From: Eledone cirrhosa
Taxonomy: Eukaryota
Assembly (NCBI GenBank): GCA_964016885.1
Contig: OZ024741.1
Coordinates: forward strand, 246,264,001 to 246,328,000
DNA: 64,000 bases
Reading direction: 5' to 3'
Positions 14,708 to 30,100 of this stretch are shown here, piece after piece. The number at the start of each line of letters is the position of its first letter. Positions within the stretch are counted from its first letter, which is position 1. The notes under the pieces were generated by a model. That model searched no databases, was not told where the DNA came from, and was given only the letters and a program-made list of their open reading frames with translations. The position numbers and the translations under genes are program-made.

Positions 14708-15166
14708 AAATTATCTCCCCTTGGACGGCTGGAAATTATCTCCCCTCGGACGGCTAGAAATTACCTCTCCTTGGACGGCTGAAAATTATCTCCCCTTGGA
14801 CGGCTGGAAATTATCTCCCCTTGATTTTTTTACAAATTATCTCCCCCTGATTTTTTTTTACAAATTATCTCCCCCTGATTTTTTTTTAGAAATTATCTAC
14901 CCCTGATTTTTTTTACAAATTATCTCCCCCTGATTTTTTTTTACAAATTATCTACCCCTGATTTTTTTTACAAATTATCTCCCCCTGATTTTTTTTACAA
15001 ATTATCTCCCCCTGATTTTTTTTTTACAAATTATCTCCCCCTGATTTTTTTACAAATTATCTCCCCCTGATTTTTTTTACAAATTATCTCCGCCGGATTT
15101 TTTTAAATATTATCTTCCCTTGGCTTGCGGGAAATTATCTCCCCTTGGACAGCTGAAAATTATCTC

Positions 15167-18100
15167 CCCTTGGACGGCTGGAAATTATCTCCCCTTGATT
15201 TTTTTTACAAATTATCTCCCCCTGATTTTTTTTTACAAATTATCTCCCCCTGATTTTTTTTACAAATTATCTCCCCCTGATTTTTTTTTACAAATTATCT
15301 CCCCCTGATTTTTTTTACAAATTATCTCCCCCTGATTTTTTTTACAAATTATCTCCCCCTGATTTTTTTTTACAAATTATCTCCCCCTGATTTTTTTACA
15401 AATTATCTCCCCCTGATTTTTTTTACAAATTATCTCCGCCTGATTTTTTAAAATATTATCTCCCCTTGGACGGCTGGAAATTATCTGCCCTTGATTTTCT
15501 TTTTACAAATTAACTTCCACTGATTTTTTTTACAAATTATCTCCACCTGATTTTTTTAAAAATTATCTCCCCTTGGAAGGCTGGAAATTATCTCCCCTTG
15601 GCTGGAAATTATCTCCCCTTGGACGGCTAGAAATTATCTCTCTTTGGACGGCTGGAAATTATCACCCCTTGAGTTTTTTACAAATTATCTCCCCCTGATT
15701 TTTTTTACAAATCTCCCAGTGATTTTTAAAAAAAAATTATCTTCCCTTCGCTGGCTGGAAATTATCTCCCCTTGGACGCTGGAAATTATAGCCCCTTGGA
15801 GGGCTGGAAATTATCTTCCCTTGGACGGCTGGAAATTATCTCCCCTTGATTTTTTTTACAAATTATCTCCCCCTGATTTTTTTTTACAAATTATCTCCCC
15901 CTGATTTTTTTTACAACTTATCTGCGCCTGATTTTTTTAAAAAAATTATCTCCCCTTGGACGGCTGGAAATTATCTCCCCTTGGACGGCTGGAAATTATC
16001 TCTCCTTGGACGGCTGAAAATTATCTCCCCTTGGACGGCTGGAAATTATCTCCCCTTGATTTTTTTTACAAATTATCTCCCCCTGATTTTTTTTACAAAT
16101 TATCTCCCCCTGATTTTTTTTTACAAATTATCTCCCCCTGATTTTTTTTACAAATTATCTCCCCCTGATTTTTTTACAAATTATCTCCCCTTGGCTGGCT
16201 GGAAATTATCTCCCCTTGGAGGCTGGAACTTATCTCCCCTTGGACGGCTAGAAATTACCTCTCCTTGGACGGCTGGAAAATATGTCTCCTTGGACGGCTG
16301 GATATTATCTCACCTTGGACGGCTAGAAATTATCTCCCCTTGGACGGCAGGAAATTATCTCCCCTTGGATGGCTAGATATTACCTCCCCTTGGACGGCTG
16401 GAAATTATCTCCCCTTGATTTTTTTTACAAATTATCTGCCCCTGATTTTTTTTTACAAATTATCTCCCCCTGATTTTTTTTTACAAATTATCTCCCCCTG
16501 ATTTTTTTTTTAAAATTATCTCCCCTTGGACGGCTGGAAATTATCTCCCCTTGGACGGCTAGAAATTACCTCTCCTTGGACGGCTGAAAATTATCTCCCC
16601 TTGGACGGCTGGAAATTATCTCCCCTTGATTTTTTTACAAATTATTTCCGCCTGATTTTTTTTTACAAATTATCTCCCCCTGATTTTTTTTTACAAATTA
16701 TCTACCCCTGATTTTTTTTTACAAATTATCTCCCCCTGATTTTTTTTTACAAATTATCTACCCCTGATTTTTTTTACAAATTATCTCCCCCTGATTTTTT
16801 TTACAAATTATCTCCCCCTGATTTTTTTTTTTACAAATTATCTCCCCCTGATTTTTTTACAAATTATCTCCCCCTGATTTTTTTTACAAATTATCTCCGC
16901 CGGATTTTTTTAAATATTATCTTCCCTTGGCTGGCGGGAAATTATCTCCCCTTGGACGGCTGAAAATTATCTCCCCTTGGACGGCTGGAAATTATCTCCC
17001 CTTGATTTTTTTTACAAATTATCTCCCCCTGACTTTTTTTTACAAATTATCTCCCCCTGATTTTTTTTACAAATTATCTCCCCCTGATTTTTTTACAAAT
17101 TATCTCCCCTTGGCTGGCTGGAAATTACCTCCCCTTGTAGGCTGGAATTTATCTCCCCTTGGACGGCTAGAAATTACCTCTACTTGGACGGCTGGAAAAT
17201 ATGTCTCCTTGGACGGCTGGATATTATCTCCCCTTGGACGGCTGGAAATTATCTCCCCTTGGACGGCTGGAAATTATCTCCCCTTGATTTTTTTTACAAA
17301 TTATCTCCCCCTGATTTTTTTACAAATCTCCCAGTGATTTTTAAAAAAAAATTATCTTCCCTTCGCTGGCTGGAAATTATCTCCCCTTGGACGCTGGAAA
17401 TTATAGCCCCTTGGAGGGCTGGAAATTATCTTCCCTTGGACGGCTGGAAATTATCTCCCCTTGATTTTTTTTACAAATTATCTCCCCCTGATTTTTTTTT
17501 ACAAATTATCTCCCCCTGATTTTTTTTTACAACTTATCTGCGCCTGATTTTTTTAAAAAAATTATCTCCCCTTGGACGGCTGGAAATTATCTCCCCTTGG
17601 ACGGCTGGAAATTATCTCTCCTTGGACGGCTAGAATTTACCTCTCCTTGGACGGCTGAAAATTATCTCCCCTTGGACGGCTGGAAATTATCTCCCCTTGA
17701 TTTTTTTTACAAATTATCTCCCCCTGATTTTTTTTTACAAATTATCTCCCCCTGATTTTTTTTTACAAATTATCTCCCCCTGATTTTTTTTTACAAATTA
17801 TCTCCCCCTGATTTTTTTTACAAATTATCTCCCCCTGATTTTTTTACAAATTATCTCCCCTTGGCTGGCTGGAAATTATCTCCCCTTGGAGGCTGGAACT
17901 TATCTCCCCTTGGACGGCTAGAAATTACCTCTCCTTGGACGGCTGAAAATTATCTCCCCTTGGACGGCTGGAAATTATCTCCCCTTGATTTTTTTACAAA
18001 TTATCTCCCCCTGATTTTTTTTTACAAATTATCTCCGCCTGATTTTTTTTTACAAATTATCTACCCCTGATTTTTTTTTACAAATTATCTCCCCCTGATT

Positions 18101-21100
18101 TTTTTTTACAAATTATCTACCCCTGATTTTTTTTACAAATTATCTCCCCCCGATTTTTTTTACAAATTATCTCCCCTTGATTTTTTTTTTTACAAATTAT
18201 CTCCCCCTGATTTTTTTACAAATTATCTCCCCCTGATTTTTTTTACAAATTATCTCCGCCGGATTTTTTTAAATATTATCTTCCCTTGGCTGGCGGGAAA
18301 TTATCTCCCCTTGGACGGCTGAAAATTATCTCCCCTTGGACGGCTGGAAATTATCTCCCCTTGATTTTTTTTACAAATTATCTCCCCCTGATTTTTTTTT
18401 ACAAATTATCTCCCCCTGATTTTTTTACAAATTATCTCCCCTTGGCTGGCTGGAAATTACCTCCCCTTGTAGGCTGGAATTTATCTCCCCTTGGACGGCT
18501 AGAAATTACCTCTCTTTGGACGGCTGGAAAATATGTCTCCTTGGACGGCTGGATATTATCTCCCCTTGGATGGCTGGAAATTATCTCCCCTTGGACGGCT
18601 GGAAATTATCTCCCCTTGATTTTTTTTACAAATTATCTCCTCCTGATTTTTTTTACAAATCTCCCAATGATTTTTTAAAAAAAATTATCTCCCCTTCGCT
18701 GGCTGGAAATTATCTCCCCTTGGACGCTGGAAATTATAGCCCCTTGGAGGGCTGGAAATTATCTTCCCTTGGACGGCTGGAAATTATCTCCCCTTGATTT
18801 TTTTTACAAATTATCTCCCCCTGATTTTTTTTTACAAATTATCTCCCCCTGATTTTTTTTTACAAATTATCTCCCCCTGATTTTTTATTTACAAATTATC
18901 TCCGCCTGATTTTTTTTTAAAAATTACCTCCCCTTGGACGGCTGGAAATTATCTCCCCTTGGACGGCTGGAAATTATCTCCCCTTGGACGGCTAGAAATT
19001 ATCTCTCCTTGGACGGCTGAAAATTATCTCCCCTTGGACGGCTGCAAATTATCTCCCCTTGATTTTTTTTACAAATTATCTCCCCCTGATTTTTTTTACA
19101 AATTATCTCCCCCTGATTTTTTTTACAAATTATCTACCCCTGATTTTTTTTACAAATTATCTCCCCCTGATTTTTTTTTACAAATTATCTCCCCCTGATT
19201 TTTTTTACAAATTATCTCCGCCTGATTTTTTTAAATATTATCTTCCCTTGGCTGGCGGGAAATTATCTCCCCTTGGACGGCTGGAAATTATCTGCCCTTG
19301 ATTTTTTTTACAAATTATCTCCCCCTGATTTTTTTTTTACAAATTATCTCCCCCTAATTTTTTTTTACAAATTATCTCCCCCTGATTTTTTTTACAAATT
19401 ATCTCCCCCCTGATTTTTTTACAAATTATCTCCCCTTGGCTGGCTGGAAATTATCTCCCCTTGGAGGCTGGAACTTATCTCCCCTTGGACGGCTAGATAT
19501 TACCTCCCCTTGGACGGCTGGAAATTATCTCCCCTTGGACGGCTGGAAATTATCTCCCCTTGGATGGCTAGATATTACCTCCCCTTGGACGGCTGGAAAT
19601 TATCTCCCCTTGATTTTGTTTACAAATTATCTCCCCCTGATTTTTTTTTACAAATTATCTCCCCCTGATTTTTTTTTACAAATTATCTCCCCCTGATTTT
19701 TGTTTACAAATTATCTCCGCCTGATTTTTTTTTTAAAATTATCTCCCCTTGGACGGCTGGAAATTATCTCCCCTCGGACGGCTAGAAATTACCTCTCCTT
19801 GGACGGCTGAAAATTATCTCCCCTTGGACGGCTGGAAATTATCTCCCCTTGATTTTTTTACAAATTATCTCCCCCTGATTTTTTTTTTACAAATTATCTC
19901 CCCCTGATTTTTTTTTAGAAATTATCTACCCCTGATTTGTTTTTACAAATTATCTCCCCCTGATTTTTTTTTACAAATTATCTACCCCTGATTTTTTTTA
20001 CAAATTATCTCCCCCTGATTTTTTTTACAAATTATCTCCCCCTGATTTTTTTTTTACAAATTATCTCCCCCTGATTTTTTTACAAATTATCTCCCCCTGA
20101 TCTTTTTTACAAATTATCTCCGCCGGATTTTTTTAAATATTATCTTCCCTTGGCTTGCGGGAAATTATCTCCCCTTGGACGGCTGAAAATTATCTCCCCT
20201 TGGACGGCTGGAAATTATCTCCCCTTGATTTTTTTTACAAATTATCTCCCCCTGATTTTTTTTTACAAATTATCTTCCCCTGATTTTTTTTTACAAATTA
20301 TCTCCCCCTGATTTTTTTTACAAATTATCTCCCCCTGATTTTTTTTACAAATTATCTCCCCCTGATTTTTTTTTACAAATTATCTCCCCCTGATTTTTTT
20401 ACAAATTATCTCCCCCTGATTTTTTTTACAAATTATCTCCGCCTGATTTTTTAAAATATTATCTCCCCTTGGACGGCTGGAAATTATCTGCCCTTGATTT
20501 TCTTTTTACAAATTAACTTCCACTGATTTTTTTTACAAATTATCTCCACCTGATTTTTTTAAAAATTATCTCCCCTTGGAAGGCTGGAAATTATCTCCCC
20601 TTGGCTGGAAATTATCTCCCCTTGGACGGCTAGAAATTATCTCTCTTTGGACGGCTGGAAATTATCACCCCTTGAGTTTTTTACAAATTATCTCCCCCTG
20701 ATTTTTTTTACAAATCTCCCAGTGATTTTTAAAAAAAAATTATCTTCCCTTCACTGGCTGGAAATTATCTCCCCTTGGACGCTGGAAATTATAGCCGCTT
20801 GATTTTTTTTACAAATTATCTCCCCCTGATTTTTTTTTACAAATTATCTCCCCCTGATTTTTTTTAAAAAATTATCTCCCCTTGGACGGCTGGAAATTAT
20901 CTCCCCTTGGACGGCTGGAAATTATCTCTCCTTGGACGGCTAGAATTTACCTCTCCTTGGACGGCTGAAAATTATCTCCCCTTGGACGGCTGGAAATTAT
21001 CTCCCCTTGATTTTTTTTACAAATTATCTCCCCCTGATTTTTTTTTACAAATTATCTCCCCCTGATTTTTTTTTACAAATTATCTCCCCCTGATTTTTTT

Positions 21101-24100
21101 TACAAATTATCTCCCCCTGATTTTTTTACAAATTATCTCCCCTTGGCTGGCTGGAAATTATCTCCCCTTGGACGGCAGGAAATTATCTCCCCTTGGATGG
21201 CTAGATATTACCTCCCCTTGGACGGCTGGAAATTATCTCCCCTTGATTTTTTTTACAAATTATCTGCCCCTGATTTTTTTTTACAAATTATCTCCCCCTG
21301 ATTTTTTTTTACAAATTATCTCCCCCTGATTTTTTTTTTAAAATTATCTCCCCTTGGACGGCTGGAAATTATCTCCCCTTGGACGGCTAGAAATTACCTC
21401 TCCTTGGACGGCTGAAAATTATCTCCCCTTGGACGGCTGGAAATTATCTCCCCTTGATTTTTTTACAAATTATTTCCCCCTGATTTTTTTTTACAAATTA
21501 TCTCCCCCTGATTTTTTTTTACAAATTATCTATCCCTGATTTTTTTTTACAAATTATCTCCCCCTGATTTTTTTTTACAAATTATCTACCCCTGATTTTT
21601 TTTTACAAATTATCTCCCCCTGATTTTTTTTACAAATTATCTCCCCCTGATTTTTTTTTTTACAAATTATCTCCCCCTGATTTTTTTTACAAATTATCTC
21701 CGCCGGATTTTTTTAAATATTATCTTCCCTTGGCTGGCGGGAAATTATCTCCCCTTGGACGGCTGAAAATTATCTCCCCTTGGACGGCTGGAAATTATCT
21801 CCCCTTGGAAGGATGGAAATTATCTCCCCTTGCACGGCTGGAAATTATCTCCCCTTGGCTGGAAATTATCTCCCCTTGGACGGCTAGAAATTATCTCTCT
21901 TTGGACGGCTGGAAATTATCTCCCTTTGATTTTTTTTACAAATTATCTCCCTCTGATTTTTTTTACAAATCTCCCCCTGATTTTTTTAAAAAAATTATCT
22001 CCCCTTCGCTGGCTGGAAATTATCTTCCCTTGGACGGCTGGAAATTATCTCCCCTTGATTTTTTTTACAAATTATCTCCGCCTGATTTTTTTTTAAAATT
22101 ATCTCTCCTTGGACGGCTGGAAATTATCTCCCCTTGATTTTTTTTACAAATAATCTCCCCCTGATTTTTTTTTACAAATTATCTCCCCCTGATTTTTTTT
22201 TACAAATTATCTACCCCTGATTTTTTTTACAAATTATCTCCCCCTGATTTTTTTTACAAATTATCTCCCCCTGATTTTTCTTTTACAAATTATCTCCCCC
22301 TGATTTTTTTACAAATTATCTCCCCCTGATTTTTTTTACAAATTGTCTCTGCCTGATTTTTTTAAATATTATCTTCCCGTGGCTGGCGGGAAATTACCTC
22401 CCCTTGGACGGCTGGAAATTATCTGTCCTTGATTTTCTTTTTACAAATTATCTTCCACTGATTTTTTTTACAAATTATCTCCACCTGATTTTTTTAAAAA
22501 TTATCTCCCCTTGGAAGGCTGGAAATTATCTCCCCTTGGCTGGAAATTATCTCCCCTTGGACGGCTAGAAATTATCTCTCTTTGGACGGCTGGAAATTAT
22601 CACCCCTTGAGTTTTTTACAAATTATCTCCCCCTGATTTTTTTTACAAATCTCCCAGTGATTTTAAAAAAAAAATTATCTCCCCTTCGCTGGCTGGAAAT
22701 TATCTCCCCTTGGACGCTGGAAATTATAGCCCCTTGGAGGGCTGGAAATTATCTTCCCTTGGACGGCTGGAAATTATCTCCCCTTGATTTTTTTTACAAA
22801 TTATCTCCCCCTGATTTTTTTTTACAAATTATCTTCCCCTGATTTTTTTTTACAACTTATCTGCGCCTGATTTTTTTAAAAAAATTATCTCCCCTCGGAC
22901 GGCTGGAAATTATCTCTCCTTGGACGGCTAGAATTTACCTCTCCTTGGACGGCTGAAAATTATCTCCCCTTGGACGGCTGGAAATTATCTCCCCTTGATT
23001 TTTTTTACAAATTATCTACCCCTGATTTTTTTTACAAATTATCTCCCCCTGATTTTTTTTACAAATTATCTCCCCCTGATTTTTTTTTTACAAATTATCT
23101 CCCCCTGATTTTTTTACAAATTATCTCCCCCTGATTTTTTTTACAAATTATCTCCGCCGGATTTTTTTAAATATTATCTTCCCTTGGCTTGCGGGAAATT
23201 ATCTCCCCTTGGACGGCTGAAAATTATCTCCCCTTGGACGGCTGGAAATTATCTCCCCTTGATTTTTTTTACAAATTATCTCCCCCTGACTTTTTTTTAC
23301 AAATTATCTCCCCCTGATTTTTTTTACAAATTATCTCCCCCTGATTTTTTTACAAATTATCTCCCCTTGGCTGGCTGGAAATTACCTCCCCTTGTAGGCT
23401 GGAATTTATCTCCCCTTGGACGGCTAGAAATTACCTCTACTTGGACGGCTGGAAAATATGTCTCCTTGGACGGCTGGATATTATCTCCCCTTGGACGGCT
23501 GGAAATTATCTCCCCTTGGACGGCTGGAAATTATCTCCCCTTGATTTTTTTTACAAATTATCTCCCCCTGATTTTTTTACAAATCTCCCAGTGATTTTTA
23601 AAAAAAAATTATCTTCCCTTCGCTGGCTGGAAATTATCTCCCCTTGGACGCTGGAAATTATAGCCCCTTGGAGGGCTGGAAATTATCTTCCCTTGGACGG
23701 CTGGAAATTATCTCCCCTTGATTTTTTTTACAAATTATCTCCCCCTGATTTTTTTTTACAAATTATCTCCCCCTGATTTTTTTTACAAATTATCTCCCCC
23801 TGATTTTTTTTTACAAATTATCTCCCCCTGATTTTTTTTACAAATTATCTCCCCCTGATTTTTTTTACAAATTATCTCCCCCTGATTTTTTTTTACAAAT
23901 TATCTCCCCCTGATTTTTTTACAAATTATCTCCCCCTGATTTTTTTTACAAATTATCTCCGCCTGATTTTTTAAAATATTATCTCCCCTTGGACGGCTGG
24001 AAATTATCTGCCCTTGATTTTCTTTTTACAAATTAACTTCCACTGATTTTTTTTACAAATTATCTCCACCTGATTTTTTTAAAAATTATCTCCCCTTGGA

Positions 24101-27100
24101 AGGCTGGAAATTATCTCCCCTTGGCTGGAAATTATCTCCCCTTGGACGGCTAGAAATTATCTCTCTTTGGACGGCTGGAAATTATCACCCCTTGAGTTTT
24201 TTACAAATTATCTCCCCCTGATTTTTTTTACAAATCTCCCAGTGATTTTTAAAAAAAAATTATCTTCCCTTCGCTGGCTGGAAATTATCTCCCCTTGGAC
24301 GCTGGAAATTATAGCCCCTTGGAGGGCTGGAAATTATCTTCCCTTGGACGGCTGGAAATTATCTCCCCTTGATTTTTTTTACAAATTATCTCCCCCTGAT
24401 TTTTTTTTACAAATTATCTCCCCCTGATTTTTTTTACAACTTATCTGCGCCTGATTTTTTTAAAAAAATTATCTCCCCTTGGACGGCTGGAAATTATCTC
24501 CCCTTGGACGGCTGGAAATTATCTCTCCTTGGACGGCTGAAAATTATCTCCCCTTGGACGGCTGGAAATTATCTCCCCTTGATTTTTTTTACAAATTATC
24601 TCCCCCTGATTTTTTTTACAAATTATCTCCCCCTGATTTTTTTTTACAAATTATCTCCCCCTGATTTTTTTTACAAATTATCTCCCCCTGATTTTTTTAC
24701 AAATTATCTCCCCTTGGCTGGCTGGAAATTATCTCCCCTTGGAGGCTGGAACTTATCTCCCCTTGGACGGCTAGAAATTACCTCTCCTTGGACGGCTGGA
24801 AAATATGTCTCCTTGGACGGCTGGATATTATCTCACCTTGGACGGCTAGAAATTATCTCCCCTTGGACGGCAGGAAATTATCTCCCCTTGGATGGCTAGA
24901 TATTACCTCCCCTTGGACGGCTGGAAATTATCTCCCCTTGATTTTTTTTACAAATTATCTGCCCCTGATTTTTTTTTACAAATTATCTCCCCCTGATTTT
25001 TTTTTACAAATTATCTCCCCCTGATTTTTTTTTTAAAATTATCTCCCCTTGGACGGCTGGAAATTATCTCCCCTTGGACGGCTAGAAATTACCTCTCCTT
25101 GGACGGCTGAAAATTATCTCCCCTTGGACGGCTGGAAATTATCTCCCCTTGATTTTTTTACAAATTATTTCCGCCTGATTTTTTTTTACAAATTATCTCC
25201 CCCTGATTTTTTTTTACAAATTATCTACCCCTGATTTTTTTTTACAAATTATCTCCCCCTGATTTTTTTTTACAAATTATCTACCCCTGATTTTTTTTAC
25301 AAATTATCTCCCCCTGATTTTTTTTACAAATTATCTCCCCCTGATTTTTTTTTTTACAAATTATCTCCCCCTGATTTTTTTACAAATTATCTCCCCCTGA
25401 TTTTTTTTACAAATTATCTCCGCCGGATTTTTTTAAATATTATCTTCCCTTGGCTGGCGGGAAATTATCTCCCCTTGGACGGCTGAAAATTATCTCCCCT
25501 TGGACGGCTGGAAATTATCTCCCCTTGATTTTTTTTACAAATTATCTCCCCCTGACTTTTTTTTACAAATTATCTCCCCCTGATTTTTTTTACAAATTAT
25601 CTCCCCCTGATTTTTTTACAAATTATCTCCCCTTGGCTGGCTGGAAATTACCTCCCCTTGTAGGCTGGAATTTATCTCCCCTTGGACGGCTAGAAATTAC
25701 CTCTACTTGGACGGCTGGAAAATATGTCTCCTTGGACGGCTGGATATTATCTCCCCTTGGACGGCTGGAAATTATCTCCCCTTGGACGGCTGGAAATTAT
25801 CTCCCCTTGATTTTTTTTACAAATTATCTCCCCCTGATTTTTTTACAAATCTCCCAGTGATTTTTAAAAAAAAATTATCTTCCCTTCGCTGGCTGGAAAT
25901 TATCTCCCCTTGGACGCTGGAAATTATAGCCCCTTGGAGGGCTGGAAATTATCTTCCCTTGGACGGCTGGAAATTATCTCCCCTTGATTTTTTTTACAAA
26001 TTATCTCCCCCTGATTTTTTTTTACAAATTATCTCCCCCTGATTTTTTTTTACAACTTATCTGCGCCTGATTTTTTTAAAAAAATTATCTCCCCTTGGAC
26101 GGCTGGAAATTATCTCCCCTTGGACGGCTGGAAATTATCTCTCCTTGGACGGCTAGAATTTACCTCTCCTTGGACGGCTGAAAATTATCTCCCCTTGGAC
26201 GGCTGGAAATTATCTCCCCTTGATTTTTTTTACAAATTATCTCCCCCTGATTTTTTTTTACAAATTATCTCCCCCTGATTTTTTTTTACAAATTATCTCC
26301 CCCTGATTTTTTTTTACAAATTATCTCCCCCTGATTTTTTTTACAAATTATCTCCCCCTGATTTTTTTACAAATTATCTCCCCTTGGCTGGCTGGAAATT
26401 ATCTCCCCTTGGAGGCTGGAACTTATCTCCCCTTGGACGGCTAGAAATTACCTCTCCTTGGACGGCTGAAAATTATCTCCCCTTGGACGGCTGGAAATTA
26501 TCTCCCCTTGATTTTTTTACAAATTATCTCCCCCTGATTTTTTTTTACAAATTATCTCCGCCTGATTTTTTTTTACAAATTATCTACCCCTGATTTTTTT
26601 TTACAAATTATCTCCCCCTGATTTTTTTTTACAAATTATCTACCCCTGATTTTTTTTACAAATTATCTCCCCCCGATTTTTTTTACAAATTATCTCCCCT
26701 TGATTTTTTTTTTTACAAATTATCTCCCCCTGATTTTTTTACAAATTATCTCCCCCTGATTTTTTTTACAAATTATCTCCGCCGGATTTTTTTAAATATT
26801 ATCTTCCCTTGGCTGGCGGGAAATTATCTCCCCTTGGACGGCTGAAAATTATCTCCCCTTGGACGGCTGGAAATTATCTCCCCTTGATTTTTTTTACAAA
26901 TTATCTCCCCCTGATTTTTTTTTACAAATTATCTCCCCCTGATTTTTTTACAAATTATCTCCCCTTGGCTGGCTGGAAATTACCTCCCCTTGTAGGCTGG
27001 AATTTATCTCCCCTTGGACGGCTAGAAATTACCTCTCTTTGGACGGCTGGAAAATATGTCTCCTTGGACGGCTGGATATTATCTCCCCTTGGATGGCTGG

Positions 27101-30100
27101 AAATTATCTCCCCTTGGACGGCTGGAAATTATCTCCCCTTGATTTTTTTTACAAATTATCTCCTCCTGATTTTTTTTACAAATCTCCCAATGATTTTTTA
27201 AAAAAAATTATCTCCCCTTCGCTGGCTGGAAATTATCTCCCCTTGGACGCTGGAAATTATAGCCCCTTGGAGGGCTGGAAATTATCTTCCCTTGGACGGC
27301 TGGAAATTATCTCCCCTTGATTTTTTTTACAAATTATCTCCCCCTGATTTTTTTTTACAAATTATCTCCCCCTGATTTTTTTTTACAAATTATCTCCCCC
27401 TGATTTTTTATTTACAAATTATCTCCGCCTGATTTTTTTTTAAAAATTACCTCCCCTTGGACGGCTGGAAATTATCTCCCCTTGGACGGCTGGAAATTAT
27501 CTCCCCTTGGACGGCTAGAAATTATCTCTCCTTGGACGGCTGAAAATTATCTCCCCTTGGACGGCTGCAAATTATCTCCCCTTGATTTTTTTTACAAATT
27601 ATCTCCCCCTGATTTTTTTTACAAATTATCTCCCCCTGATTTTTTTTACAAATTATCTACCCCTGATTTTTTTTACAAATTATCTCCCCCTGATTTTTTT
27701 TTACAAATTATCTCCCCCTGATTTTTTTTACAAATTATCTCCGCCTGATTTTTTTAAATATTATCTTCCCTTGGCTGGCGGGAAATTATCTCCCCTTGGA
27801 CGGCTGGAAATTATCTGCCCTTGATTTTTTTTACAAATTATCTCCCCCTGATTTTTTTTTTACAAATTATCTCCCCCTAATTTTTTTTTACAAATTATCT
27901 CCCCCTGATTTTTTTTACAAATTATCTCCCCCCTGATTTTTTTACAAATTATCTCCCCTTGGCTGGCTGGAAATTATCTCCCCTTGGAGGCTGGAACTTA
28001 TCTCCCCTTGGACGGCTAGATATTACCTCCCCTTGGACGGCTGGAAATTATCTCCCCTTGGACGGCTGGAAATTATCTCCCCTTGGATGGCTAGATATTA
28101 CCTCCCCTTGGACGGCTGGAAATTATCTCCCCTTGATTTTGTTTACAAATTATCTCCCCCTGATTTTTTTTTACAAATTATCTCCCCCTGATTTTTTTTT
28201 ACAAATTATCTCCCCCTGATTTTTGTTTACAAATTATCTCCGCCTGATTTTTTTTTTAAAATTATCTCCCCTTGGACGGCTGGAAATTATCTCCCCTCGG
28301 ACGGCTAGAAATTACCTCTCCTTGGACGGCTGAAAATTATCTCCCCTTGGACGGCTGGAAATTATCTCCCCTTGATTTTTTTACAAATTATCTCCCCCTG
28401 ATTTTTTTTTTACAAATTATCTCCCCCTGATTTTTTTTTAGAAATTATCTACCCCTGATTTGTTTTTACAAATTATCTCCCCCTGATTTTTTTTTACAAA
28501 TTATCTACCCCTGATTTTTTTTACAAATTATCTCCCCCTGATTTTTTTTACAAATTATCTCCCCCTGATTTTTTTTTTACAAATTATCTCCCCCTGATTT
28601 TTTTACAAATTATCTCCCCCTGATCTTTTTTACAAATTATCTCCGCCGGATTTTTTTAAATATTATCTTCCCTTGGCTTGCGGGAAATTATCTCCCCTTG
28701 GACGGCTGAAAATTATCTCCCCTTGGACGGCTGGAAATTATCTCCCCTTGATTTTTTTTACAAATTATCTCCCCCTGATTTTTTTTTACAAATTATCTTC
28801 CCCTGATTTTTTTTTACAAATTATCTCCCCCTGATTTTTTTTACAAATTATCTCCCCCTGATTTTTTTTACAAATTATCTCCCCCTGATTTTTTTTTACA
28901 AATTATCTCCCCCTGATTTTTTTACAAATTATCTCCCCCTGATTTTTTTTACAAATTATCTCCGCCTGATTTTTTAAAATATTATCTCCCCTTGGACGGC
29001 TGGAAATTATCTGCCCTTGATTTTCTTTTTACAAATTAACTTCCACTGATTTTTTTTACAAATTATCTCCACCTGATTTTTTTAAAAATTATCTCCCCTT
29101 GGAAGGCTGGAAATTATCTCCCCTTGGCTGGAAATTATCTCCCCTTGGACGGCTAGAAATTATCTCTCTTTGGACGGCTGGAAATTATCACCCCTTGAGT
29201 TTTTTACAAATTATCTCCCCCTGATTTTTTTTACAAATCTCCCAGTGATTTTTAAAAAAAAATTATCTTCCCTTCACTGGCTGGAAATTATCTCCCCTTG
29301 GACGCTGGAAATTATAGCCGCTTGATTTTTTTTACAAATTATCTCCCCCTGATTTTTTTTTACAAATTATCTCCCCCTGATTTTTTTTAAAAAATTATCT
29401 CCCCTTGGACGGCTGGAAATTATCTCCCCTTGGACGGCTGGAAATTATCTCTCCTTGGACGGCTAGAATTTACCTCTCCTTGGACGGCTGAAAATTATCT
29501 CCCCTTGGACGGCTGGAAATTATCTCCCCTTGATTTTTTTTACAAATTATCTCCCCCTGATTTTTTTTTACAAATTATCTCCCCCTGATTTTTTTTTACA
29601 AATTATCTCCCCCTGATTTTTTTTACAAATTATCTCCCCCTGATTTTTTTACAAATTATCTCCCCTTGGCTGGCTGGAAATTATCTCCCCTTGGACGGCA
29701 GGAAATTATCTCCCCTTGGATGGCTAGATATTACCTCCCCTTGGACGGCTGGAAATTATCTCCCCTTGATTTTTTTTACAAATTATCTGCCCCTGATTTT
29801 TTTTTACAAATTATCTCCCCCTGATTTTTTTTTACAAATTATCTCCCCCTGATTTTTTTTTTAAAATTATCTCCCCTTGGACGGCTGGAAATTATCTCCC
29901 CTTGGACGGCTAGAAATTACCTCTCCTTGGACGGCTGAAAATTATCTCCCCTTGGACGGCTGGAAATTATCTCCCCTTGATTTTTTTACAAATTATTTCC
30001 CCCTGATTTTTTTTTACAAATTATCTCCCCCTGATTTTTTTTTACAAATTATCTATCCCTGATTTTTTTTTACAAATTATCTCCCCCTGATTTTTTTTTA

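Larger units (their letters stand above)
5715..17696 (+). repeat. 5,987-bp higher-order tandem duplication (5715-11701 and 11702-17688)
   Basis: Constant 5987 offset for ORFs from 6329/12316 to 11197/17184. Junction traced by eye to ATCTCCCC at 5715/11702. Confidence 0.93.
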
